From Bryobacterales bacterium (GTDB lineage Bacteria; Acidobacteriota; Terriglobia; Bryobacterales; Bryobacteraceae): DNA of 64,000 nucleotides. Each line of letters opens with the position of its first letter. The first letter of the stretch is position 1. The position numbers were made by a program, and so were the translations under genes. Location of the stretch: positions 5,713-69,712 of the forward strand of contig JAHCHD010000002.1 of the NCBI GenBank assembly GCA_026129915.1, written 5' to 3'. The notes below the pieces were generated by a model that ran no database searches, was not told where the DNA came from, and saw nothing but the letters and a program-made list of their open reading frames with translations. Below, one piece after another: positions 11,401 through 19,792 of this stretch.

Positions 11401-12345
11401 ATGCCGGTCCGCGTAGACTCTGACCATCTCCGACTTTTTCGCGATATTGTCCTTCAGCGCAGCATCAGCAAGGGAGCCTCCCTGAATGGCGTAAGCCAGT
11501 CCGCGGCCAGCCAGCACTTGCAGGAATTGGAACGGCGTCTGGGCGAAACGCTGCTTGACCGGTCCACGCGCCCCTTCCGCGTTACTGACCTCGGCGAGCT
11601 TTACCTGACGCTTTGCCAGGACCTGCTACGCCGCTGCGAAGAGTTCGAAGCCGAACTCGAACGTCGTCGCAATGTGGTAACGGGAACGCTTCGGGTGGCG
11701 GCGATTTACTCCGTGGGACTGTCCACAATGACGGAGGTGGAAACCGCGTTCCGCTCTCGGTTTCCAGGCGCTACGCTGGAAGTCGAGTATTTGCGACCGG
11801 ACAGGGTATACGAGAGCGTCCTCCACGAGGCTTGCGAACTGGGGCTAATCAGCTATCCGGAGAGCAACCGCGACATCAATGTGCTGCCGTGGCTGGACGA
11901 ACAGATGGCCCTGGGGCTAAGTCCGAAACACCCGCTGGCGTCACAGGAAAGCATCACGCCGAGGGACCTGAACGGTGTCTCGTTTATCGCCTTCGACCCT
12001 GACCTGCCCATCCGCCGTCACATTGACCAGTTCCTTGCGGAATGGCGCATCGAAGTGAAGAACTCGATGAGCTTTGACAACATCCAGATGATCAAGGAAG
12101 CTTTGGTGCTGGGGCGAGGCGTCAGCATCCTGCCGCTGCGCATGATGGACGCCGAGATCCAGGAGGGCAAACTGGTATCGGTGCCAATCGAAGCGGACGG
12201 GTTGGTGCGTCCGGTTGGGGTGATTCACTTGCGACGTCGGCCCTTTAGCCCGGTGGCGGAGCAATTCTGCGCAATGTTGCGCGAGGAGTTCGCCACCGAA
12301 GCCAAGCCCGCGCAAGGGCAGGCGTTGGCGGTGGAATTCCATTAG
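11401..12345 (+). CDS. LysR-family transcriptional regulator, divergent from gltBD (GltC-like arrangement)
   Basis: It has an N-terminal wHTH (SISKGASLNGVSQSAASQHLQELE) and a C-terminal substrate-binding domain. The divergent position mirrors Bacillus gltC-gltAB. Confidence 0.9.
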   Translation: MPVRVDSDHLRLFRDIVLQRSISKGASLNGVSQSAASQHLQELERRLGETLLDRSTRPFRVTDLGELYLTLCQDLLRRCEEFEAELERRRNVVTGTLRVAAIYSVGLSTMTEVETAFRSRFPGATLEVEYLRPDRVYESVLHEACELGLISYPESNRDINVLPWLDEQMALGLSPKHPLASQESITPRDLNGVSFIAFDPDLPIRRHIDQFLAEWRIEVKNSMSFDNIQMIKEALVLGRGVSILPLRMMDAEIQEGKLVSVPIEADGLVRPVGVIHLRRRPFSPVAEQFCAMLREEFATEAKPAQGQALAVEFH

Positions 12346-12366
12346 CCGGCGCTCGAGGATGCTCCG

Positions 12367-12870
12367 CTATTTCTTGCGCCAGTAAGAATAGTCAACAGCC
12401 ATGTCGCCCGCCCAAAGCAGGTGGCCGAGACGCTTTGGACGCACATCCCCCGCGTCATAAGCCTGCAAGTCATCCCAGCCCCCAACGTCCACAGCACCCT
12501 CTTTGGCAACGATCAGGACCCGGTAGTCGCATTCCTCGGGCACTGAACCTTCCTGTTCAATCAGTTGGCGGATGGGATTGAGGTCGCTGCCCATAGTGCC
12601 GTCGCCACCATAGGCATAGATGATGTCCATATCCCATCGCCCCACCAGACGGTTCTTCCGGGGATGAAAAATCTCCACGGATACCTTCAGCAGGTCCTGC
12701 GAGACAATCCAGCGCCCGATGCCCTTCTCAAGTGTGGTCCACTGCCGGGTGAGTTTCGCCGGATCCAGGCCACTTTCGCGCACAATCTCCTTGAGCGAGT
12801 ACATCAGCTTGTCCGACAAAAAGGAGGCGCTGTAGGCTTTGGTGTCAATGTAGGTACGTGTGCTGCTCAT
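12367..12870 (-). CDS. 167-aa cytoplasmic protein, third gene of the TRIP13-like operon; candidate bacterial HORMA-domain protein
   Basis: ATG 12870 overlaps the upstream stop (ATGA). Size and operon context match HORMA partners of TRIP13-like ATPases. There is no TM segment, signal peptide or catalytic motif. The HORMA assignment is by context and by eye only. That it is coding is fairly certain; the functional call is not. Confidence 0.45.
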   Translation of the reverse strand: MSSTRTYIDTKAYSASFLSDKLMYSLKEIVRESGLDPAKLTRQWTTLEKGIGRWIVSQDLLKVSVEIFHPRKNRLVGRWDMDIIYAYGGDGTMGSDLNPIRQLIEQEGSVPEECDYRVLIVAKEGAVDVGGWDDLQAYDAGDVRPKRLGHLLWAGDMAVDYSYWRKK

Positions 12871-13358
12871 GGCCGGAAAAACGCTCCCATCTTCAATACT
12901 TTGGCCAGGCCTTTGGGCTTGGCTGGTTCCTGCTTACGGTCGAACTCAGATCCAAACGAAGGCGTCTGGCCAACGCCGCGGAAGATGATGTTTTCCGAGA
13001 GGGAAGCCAGTTCACGGTTCATCCATCGAAGGTCGGATGACTCACAGGGAATGGACATGCGCCACTCGCCTTCTGTGGGGTTTACGACGAGACAACTTTC
13101 ATCGTAGGTCGGATTCATAATCGCCTCCTCCCCATGGAGGCAGTAGATGCGGACCGCCATATTGTCCGTCTGCAGCACCAGGGCATCCTCGCGCATGGCT
13201 TCCGCCGCAATGGCCGCGCACGCCAGCCCGGCCACGCGATTGAACTCGCGACGCGCGTTGCCTGTGGGGTCCGGAGCCAGAAGCACCGCAATGGTGGCCC
13301 AGGTATCTGTTGCTGAGCGTACAGGGGTAGATACAATCCGTCGGACGATGGCATTCAT
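12867..13358 (-). CDS. 163-aa protein of unknown function, middle gene of the TRIP13-like operon
   Basis: ATGA overlaps occur at both ends (13355-13358 and 12867-12870). No motif is recognisable. The C-terminus is a basic G/P/K-rich tail, ..DRKQEPAKPKGLAKVLKMGAFFRP. Confidence 0.6.
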   Translation of the reverse strand: MNAIVRRIVSTPVRSATDTWATIAVLLAPDPTGNARREFNRVAGLACAAIAAEAMREDALVLQTDNMAVRIYCLHGEEAIMNPTYDESCLVVNPTEGEWRMSIPCESSDLRWMNRELASLSENIIFRGVGQTPSFGSEFDRKQEPAKPKGLAKVLKMGAFFRP

Positions 13359-14305
13359 GAGAGCAGCTCCTGAAGAACCTGGGTTGGCATGGCGGCCGTT
13401 TGCAGACCTCCGTTTTGTCGCAGGCGGTGCACCGCAGCCAGCAAATCGCTCGCGCTCAGCGAACCGGGATCAAGCGCAACCTGCTTGCTGGTGGCGCATG
13501 CACTCACCACCACCTTGCGGATTCGCCGGCCATCAAGGCCCTGGCAGAGGTGGCAGGCCTCTGCGAACTCGGGATGATCCATCAAGCCGGCGACGGCTGG
13601 ATAGTGAAGGGCCAGCGCGTTGATGGTATCGGACAGAATGCGCGCGCAGCCCTCGGCGTCCGGCAGTGGCAGCGTCTCCACGATGTCCGCGCGCGAAAGG
13701 AAGGCAGCATCGATGGCCTCAGGGAAATTGCTGGTAGCCAGGAAAAGCAGATTCGGGTAACGCGCCGCCAGGTGATCCACCTGGGCAAGCACAGCATCCG
13801 TAGCCCGGTGTACGTCAATCGGATTCGCTTCCATGCTCATCCGGGACCGGTCCGCGGCCAGGGTCTCCACCTCGTCGAGCAGCACAATCAGTGGGCCGGC
13901 GTCCGCCTGCTCCGCCACCACAGCGCCAAGTAAGTGCTTCACCGCCTGCTGGCTGCGGCCAAGTGCGGCACTGGCTAGGGCATGCGGCTCCACCTCGATA
14001 TATCGGAAGGACTGTTCCGCTTCCACACACTCGGCCACCCGCGAAGCGAGGCCGCGGGCGATGGACGTCTTCCCCGTGCCCGGTGGACCCACCAACACCA
14101 TCACGCCATGTAACGGTACGGTGGCCCGGTCGAGGCGTCCACGCAGCGTGAAGTTGAGAATTGCTTGCGAGAGCAAACGGTCTTTGAGTTCCTGCGGCAG
14201 GAACACCGCCTCCCACAGCGCGCTGAACTCCTCACACGGCAACGCCCGCGAGTCGAGGATGCCCCGGATCTCGCTAACGGGCTTCGTATTTGGCGTGTGC
14301 TCCAA
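13355..14305 (-). CDS. TRIP13/Pch2-like AAA+ ATPase
   Basis: Motifs are Walker A VLVGPPGTGKTS, Walker B LIVLLDEVETL, sensor-1 LFLATSN and the Arg-finger region IDAAFLSRADI. An upstream W..V.L....K..L motif is also present. The order and spacing follow TRIP13/Pch2, from memory of the human and CBASS proteins. The TTG start at 14305 has a GGAGAGGA RBS. Confidence 0.8.
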   Translation of the reverse strand: MEHTPNTKPVSEIRGILDSRALPCEEFSALWEAVFLPQELKDRLLSQAILNFTLRGRLDRATVPLHGVMVLVGPPGTGKTSIARGLASRVAECVEAEQSFRYIEVEPHALASAALGRSQQAVKHLLGAVVAEQADAGPLIVLLDEVETLAADRSRMSMEANPIDVHRATDAVLAQVDHLAARYPNLLFLATSNFPEAIDAAFLSRADIVETLPLPDAEGCARILSDTINALALHYPAVAGLMDHPEFAEACHLCQGLDGRRIRKVVVSACATSKQVALDPGSLSASDLLAAVHRLRQNGGLQTAAMPTQVLQELLS

Positions 14306-14732
14306 GAAATTCCTCTCCGGCAGGATAAACCCACCGTTTGCACATGTAACATTTCGCTGTTGGTCTAATTAGAATTCTAGCCCCCGTTTGCCTGGATTCC
14401 CATACCTTCTGGTAGCCAGATGTCACTTTTCGGTACTGAAACCCGGGTACCAGAGGGACTACCCCCGTGTTTCATTTGATTTCGATTGTGGCTCCCCATC
14501 CATTCTTCAAAGTGCCCCCCCCCAACGGTTCCTTACGATCTTGGAAAACTGCTCACCCGAATCCGCCGCCGTACCATACTACTTCGCCCGTTCCTTCCCT
14601 GGTCCTATTTGTGCCTCGATTTCCGACGAGACGCTCCGGTTTTTTCGTTTGCTCGGTAAACAATAAGCGATACAATGAACGTAGAAAATTATCGAGTCGA
14701 TTCACAAAACTTATGAAGCAAGGTGCATCGCC

Positions 14733-15377
14733 ATGACCTCGTCCGTATCCACCTCACAACCCGACCTTGCCGCACAAAGCCAGCCTGTGGCTCTTGGCCT
14801 TTTGGAATTGCTAGGTGCGGTGCGCATGTTCTCAATCGCGATGGAGCAGTTGGTTGAAACTAAGGTGCAGCGGCAGATCGCGGGCGACCGCCTGAGCCGC
14901 TCTCAATGGAAGCTGCTGGAGATGTTTGCGCTGAGCGATGTGCGGAATGTCACTGACCTTGCCACGTATCAGGGCGTAAGTACTGCGGCGGCGAGCAAGG
15001 CAGCGGACCGCTTGGTGCGGATGGGTCTGCTGACGCGCGAAGAGGATCTCGAAGACCGTCGGCACATCCACCTTCAACTCAGCCCGGAGGGTCAGCGCAT
15101 CACCAAGGATTACCTCAGCGCTCTGCAGGAACGGATCGCCAAGGTTTTCGTAGGCGCGGACGCACTGCTGGCGCCACGTTTGGCAGGAGAAATAGACGAC
15201 TTGACGGCGGCCACTGCCGCTACCCGGGAAGAAATGGAGCAGGTCTGCCTGCAATGCGCCATCAACCGGCACGAGCCCTGCTTGATTCGACAGCGGATGG
15301 GGGCGACTTGCGCCTATGCACTGCATCACCGCGGAGGCAGCCCCCTTACGAAGGAAACTGCCGCGGTCAGCGCCTGA
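14733..15377 (+). CDS. MarR-family transcriptional regulator with a Cys-containing C-terminal extension
   Basis: The wHTH is LSRSQWKLLEMF..VTDLATYQGVSTAAASKAADRLVRMGLLTREEDLEDRRHIHLQLSPEG. The extra tail is CLQCAINRHEPCLIRQRMGATCAY. Confidence 0.85.
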   Translation: MTSSVSTSQPDLAAQSQPVALGLLELLGAVRMFSIAMEQLVETKVQRQIAGDRLSRSQWKLLEMFALSDVRNVTDLATYQGVSTAAASKAADRLVRMGLLTREEDLEDRRHIHLQLSPEGQRITKDYLSALQERIAKVFVGADALLAPRLAGEIDDLTAATAATREEMEQVCLQCAINRHEPCLIRQRMGATCAYALHHRGGSPLTKETAAVSA

Positions 15378-15432
15378 GTGGCGACGTCAGGGGTGGCGCC
15401 CTGCAAAGTCGAATCCTGGCCGCAAATTCCGT

Positions 15433-17436
15433 CTAGAACGACCCTTCCCGCTCATACGGCTTCTGCAGGTACTTAGCCGCTTCTTCCTGTGCGCCCGCGG
15501 TATTGTCGCGAGTACGGATGGCGGCATTGTACGAGGTTACGGCGCGCTCACGCTGCCCGCTGACGTCGAAGATCTTGCCAAGATTGATGTGCGCCCACAC
15601 TTCCGTCCATGCGGGTTTCAGGTCGCCATTCAGCACCTCGCGGAATTCATTCGCAGCGGCTTGATAGTTGTTCTGAAGGAAGAACACCTCCGCCACCCGG
15701 TAATGCGCCAGGGAGGAACTGCGGTTTACTTCCAGCGCTTTCTGATACTCCTGCAGGGATTCATTGAACTGGCCGATTTCCGCAAACTGCTCACCGCGGC
15801 GAATGGCCACCAGCACCCGAAGGTCGCGGCTGAAGCGCAGTACATTGGTGTCCGGGTCAATGCTGATCTTGGTGGGCTTGCCGAAGGTTTCCACCACAAA
15901 CTCGGTTTCCGGGCCCATCACCTCAACAACCTGCTCCTCTGGATTTCCTTCTGTTTCCACCAGTAGCTTCACCGGCATGCTGAAGGTATCGAGATCCTGC
16001 TTCACCTTGCCCACTACGCGAAAGCCCTGTTGCGTGCGGAGCACTGTATATTCCAGCTTGAACTCGGGCGCGCTGTTTGACTCCAGCCACTGGATGAAGA
16101 ACGGCCCCATATCGCGGTTGGCAAACTCGCTGGCAAGGCGGCTGAAGGCGCCCGTGCCCAGCGGCTTATTGGCAAACTGGTCTACGGAGGCCTTCACAAA
16201 TTCAAAGAAGGTTTCGTCCCCCATTAGGGAGCGTATCATTTCGAGCGCCGCGGCGCCCTTGCTTGCCGTCAGCGCCCAGTACTCGGGCGAATAATCCTCA
16301 AGCCGTGCTGCTTGCAGCGCCGGCGGATAGTCCACAGTAAGAGCGTCGATGTATAGCGATTCGCGGTCTTCGATGGCCGCCGCCCGATTCACGGTTTCCT
16401 CCAGCCATAGAAGCTCCGAGAGGCGAGCAATGCCGTTGAATATCCAAAGATGATTGCGGCTCTCCGGAAACACCATATTGCCCCACCACTGGCGAGACAG
16501 GTGATTGGCCAGTAGCCGGGAGTTCACAGTTTCGCCGAGCGATACGGAGTTCAGAAACAGAATTCCGGGCGCGGCATAAGCCGCCGGAGCTCCGCGCTCC
16601 GTCTCCACCAGGACAAGATTCGAGAGCGGTGGCAGCCCGTAATACTTCTGCAGAAGGCGCATGAGCTTCCCGGTTTCCTGCCCGTAGCCTTGCGCAAGGG
16701 AAGCATGCTCGTCGCGGAAGAAGATGCGGGTCTGGATGCCCTCGGCATTTACCACCGAAGGATCCTGGCGACTGTATGCCACGCTTCCGCCAAAGTTAGG
16801 CCTGCTGCTCTTGAACTCCCGCACCATACCTTTGTCGGAGATAATCTCGGTCACATCCCCGCTGCTCACCACGTTGTACTCGCTTGGCGTGGTAATGCGG
16901 ATCTGCCACTCGTACGGATCAGTGGTGTACCCGCTTACCGGGAACCAGCGCGTGGGGTACAGCAGATAACCAAATTCCTGCTGCATGGAGGCAAAACGGA
17001 TTCCATAGATCGGCGATTCCTCAATACCGGAAAGCCGGCCGCCGTACAGAAACGTAAGATCCTGCTGTTCTCCCTTTCGCATGGGCTTTGCCAGAGTCAC
17101 CGTGACGGTGAATGTTTTCATGTCGCGATCAAAATTGAGGCTTTCTCCCGTGGAATCGGTCACCCGGCTTACCGCCAGCGCATTATTGAGGTCGAAGCGC
17201 ACGGCGGTGGAGTAGTCACTCAGCATGGAAAAGCTCACTTTGGCGGTGGACGTGAGGCTTTGCCCTTGAGGATCGAGTTCAGCGTCGATTTCGTAGCGAA
17301 GGACATCGATATCGGTCCGCGCTGCGCCTTGGGCTAAGGCAGCCCAGGGGGTGAGCAACGCCAGCGCTAAAAGCACAAGACCGGCGAGCCCGGCTGGGCG
17401 GTTAATCCGTTTCCGAGGGCAAATGCTTCGCTGCAT
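15433..17436 (-). CDS. Secreted M1-aminopeptidase homologue with degenerate active site plus C-terminal TPR repeats
   Basis: The layout resembles LTA4H/aminopeptidase-N. The Zn motif reads NHLSRQWWGN instead of HExxHxWxGN, FNGIA replaces NEGFA, and AAYAAPG replaces GxMENPG. The C-terminal TPR region includes AIRRGEQFAEIGQFNESLQEYQKALEV. I chose ATG 17436 (MQRSICPRK.. signal peptide); GTG 17475 is the alternative. Confidence 0.75.
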   Translation of the reverse strand: MQRSICPRKRINRPAGLAGLVLLALALLTPWAALAQGAARTDIDVLRYEIDAELDPQGQSLTSTAKVSFSMLSDYSTAVRFDLNNALAVSRVTDSTGESLNFDRDMKTFTVTVTLAKPMRKGEQQDLTFLYGGRLSGIEESPIYGIRFASMQQEFGYLLYPTRWFPVSGYTTDPYEWQIRITTPSEYNVVSSGDVTEIISDKGMVREFKSSRPNFGGSVAYSRQDPSVVNAEGIQTRIFFRDEHASLAQGYGQETGKLMRLLQKYYGLPPLSNLVLVETERGAPAAYAAPGILFLNSVSLGETVNSRLLANHLSRQWWGNMVFPESRNHLWIFNGIARLSELLWLEETVNRAAAIEDRESLYIDALTVDYPPALQAARLEDYSPEYWALTASKGAAALEMIRSLMGDETFFEFVKASVDQFANKPLGTGAFSRLASEFANRDMGPFFIQWLESNSAPEFKLEYTVLRTQQGFRVVGKVKQDLDTFSMPVKLLVETEGNPEEQVVEVMGPETEFVVETFGKPTKISIDPDTNVLRFSRDLRVLVAIRRGEQFAEIGQFNESLQEYQKALEVNRSSSLAHYRVAEVFFLQNNYQAAANEFREVLNGDLKPAWTEVWAHINLGKIFDVSGQRERAVTSYNAAIRTRDNTAGAQEEAAKYLQKPYEREGSF

Positions 17437-17474
17437 TCTGGATGTCCTTCCATTCACAAAAAACCAAGGGCGCA

Positions 17475-18644
17475 CTATTGCGCGGGAACAAGAGGCTCCA
17501 CTGGCGAGCCAAGGAGAGCGGCGATGGCATCGGCCGCGCGAGCAATGGGGTCCTCGCTGCCAGCAAGGAGTACCCTGACGCGCCTGAGGTCTTCCCTCAT
17601 CCGCAGCATCCGCTCCGGATTGGCCAGAAGTCCATCTGCCGCGGCCGCCAGCGCGGCGCCGGTGGCTGCGTCCTGCATAAACTCAGGCACCACGCGCTCA
17701 CCGGCAATGAGGTTCACCATTGTCAGATGAGGAACCTTCACCAAACGACGCCCGAGTTTCCAGCTCAGGGGCGCCACCCGATAGAACGTCACCATGGGCG
17801 TGCCCGCGAGAGCCGCCTCCACGGTAACCGTGCCGCTGGCCGCCAGCAACAAATCGGCATTGGCCAGCACGTTCCATGTATCCGCTTCAATCACTTGGAT
17901 GGATAAATCGGAAAAGCGTTTCCTCCAAGTGGCCTCATCCGCAAGCGGAAACCCAGTAGCCGGAACCGCTAAGGCGAACTGAGCCGGGCGAAGCTGGCGC
18001 AATTCCCGCACCGCATCGAGGAGCACTGGCAAATGCCGGCGCCACTCTCCTTCGCGGCTGCCTGGCAGGAGACCAATCACGGGATCCCCGCCGGAGAAAC
18101 CGTACCGGGCATGGAACTGCTGCCGGTTACTGGAGGCATGGAACATCCGGGTGAGCGGGTGACCGGCGTACATGGCATGAATGCCGCGCTCCTGAAAGAA
18201 CTGCTCTTCAAAAGGAAAGATGCACACCAGCAGGTCAATGATGTCTCGCATTGTGCGGGCGCGTCCTTGTCGCCATGCCCAAACCTGGGGTGCCACATAG
18301 TACACCACCGGTACACCCATGCGTTTCAACTGGCGAGCGAGGCGAAAATGGAAATCGGGACTGTCCGTGAGAATGGCGATGTCAGGACGCTCAGTACGGG
18401 CAGCGGCGAGGAGTTTCCGGAACTCCCGGTAAATCCTCGGAATGTGAACGATCACCTCCACCAGACCCACCACCGAAAGCGACTCCGCACGAATCACCGG
18501 CCGAACTCCTGCAGCTCGCATCTTCGGCCCGGCGCAGCCGAAGAACGTCGCGCCTGGGTAGCGCTGGCGCAACTCTTCCACCAGACGCGTGGCGTACATC
18601 TCGCCGCTCGCCTCCCCGGCGGAAATCAGGATCCTGGGGCCCAT
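17475..18644 (-). CDS. lpxB: Lipid-A-disaccharide synthase
   Basis: The N-terminus MGPRILISAGEASGEMYATRLVEEL is typical of LpxB, and the length and overall pattern match the GT19 family. Confidence 0.9.
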   Translation of the reverse strand: MGPRILISAGEASGEMYATRLVEELRQRYPGATFFGCAGPKMRAAGVRPVIRAESLSVVGLVEVIVHIPRIYREFRKLLAAARTERPDIAILTDSPDFHFRLARQLKRMGVPVVYYVAPQVWAWRQGRARTMRDIIDLLVCIFPFEEQFFQERGIHAMYAGHPLTRMFHASSNRQQFHARYGFSGGDPVIGLLPGSREGEWRRHLPVLLDAVRELRQLRPAQFALAVPATGFPLADEATWRKRFSDLSIQVIEADTWNVLANADLLLAASGTVTVEAALAGTPMVTFYRVAPLSWKLGRRLVKVPHLTMVNLIAGERVVPEFMQDAATGAALAAAADGLLANPERMLRMREDLRRVRVLLAGSEDPIARAADAIAALLGSPVEPLVPAQ

Positions 18645-18692
18645 CAGCCTGTAGTCTAGCAGGCGCTCGTCTCGCGTCCCGCGGAATGGGGC

Positions 18693-19649
18693 TTAAGCCT
18701 GTGAAGAGATACCGCGCAGCCAGGCGATGGTAGCCGTAATCGCATTCGCGTAGGGTGTCCGGTGCGTGGGGCCCACTCGGGCTTGCAGCTTGCTGTCGTC
18801 AAGGAAAACTGGGGTTTCCATGAGGTACTGCATCTCCACGAGTTCGCGCATCAGAGGGCTAAAGAGCCCCATCAGCCTCAGCATTCCCTTTCCTGCGCTC
18901 CGAAACCTGGGACGGCGGCATGCGGCATTGTAGATCTGCCGAATGAGTTCCTGGCCCGAGATAAGGCCGGAACCAGCGAGGTTATAACGCTCGCCCCACA
19001 CGTCGTCGCGGGCAAGCAAGCTGGCAATAACGGGGGCGACGTCAGGCACGTAGATGAACTCATGCTGCAGGCTGGCATCGCCGAGCCAGTTAGCCGTCTT
19101 GTTCGCGAGTGCGGTCTCGAAAAGGGTGGTGGAGAAACTCTGGCTGGCGTGCGGTCCCAGGAAGTCGGGCAGGTGCAGGACGATGGTTTCCAGCTTGCCT
19201 GCGGCATGGGCCGTCATGACGATATCTTCTTGTTCCTTGCGGAACTGGCCCTTGCGGGGGGCGGGGTTGCGGGGATGCTCCTCGGAGACCAATTGGGTGA
19301 CTGGTGCGCCGTAGGAATAGACGCTGGAGATCACCAGCAATCGGCGCACGCCAGTGGCGATGGCCGCATCCACCGTGTTGCGCATCATCAGGGGATGCAG
19401 TTGAAACTGGGAATAGGGCGCGCCCACCGCGTAGACAATGGAAGATGCACCCTCGCAGGCCTTATGCGCGCCTTCTGGTTTGCTGAGGTCAGCCGCGCGG
19501 AACGAGAGGCTCGCGGACTCACCGAGCGCATCTTTCAGCCGTTGGGTGCTGCGCCCAACCGCAACCACGGGAATCTGGCGGCGCTGCAGGTCCGCTATCA
19601 AGTGAACGCCAATAGCGCCGGCCGCGCCCAGAACTGCCACTGTTCCCAT
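18693..19649 (-). CDS. NAD-dependent epimerase/dehydratase (extended SDR)
   Basis: ATG 19649 gives MGTVAVLGAAGAIGVHL, a GxxGxxG Rossmann motif. The ORF track's longer N-terminus would overlap the divergent chromate-transporter gene. Confidence 0.8.
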   Translation of the reverse strand: MGTVAVLGAAGAIGVHLIADLQRRQIPVVAVGRSTQRLKDALGESASLSFRAADLSKPEGAHKACEGASSIVYAVGAPYSQFQLHPLMMRNTVDAAIATGVRRLLVISSVYSYGAPVTQLVSEEHPRNPAPRKGQFRKEQEDIVMTAHAAGKLETIVLHLPDFLGPHASQSFSTTLFETALANKTANWLGDASLQHEFIYVPDVAPVIASLLARDDVWGERYNLAGSGLISGQELIRQIYNAACRRPRFRSAGKGMLRLMGLFSPLMRELVEMQYLMETPVFLDDSKLQARVGPTHRTPYANAITATIAWLRGISSQA

Positions 19650-19792
19650 ACTCTTATCACCACGATACATCGGACTCGAACACAGACGGGCGCCGGCCGT
19701 CCGCGACCGGTACCCCCAATGCGCATAGATGCATGCCGAGTCTGCCAGGTCGCGACAAGATACGCGCGGCCCAATCCGGGTATGGTGAAGAA

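Noticed and set aside
14411-14463. Nested hairpin (ggtag..ctacc enclosing ggtac..gtacc) that looked tRNA-like.
   Set aside because: There is no T-loop (GTTCRA) or D-loop signature and no acceptor/anticodon geometry. It is probably a chance structure or a minor regulatory hairpin.
14388-14736. ORFs 14388..14666(+) and 14467..14736(+) in the gap between the TRIP13-like operon and marR. I considered them as a possible missing fourth gene or effector.
   Set aside because: They have no RBS, atypical composition and overlapping alternative frames, and a C9 tract runs through them. They are too short for a CD-NTase. I treat the region as regulatory or decayed DNA.
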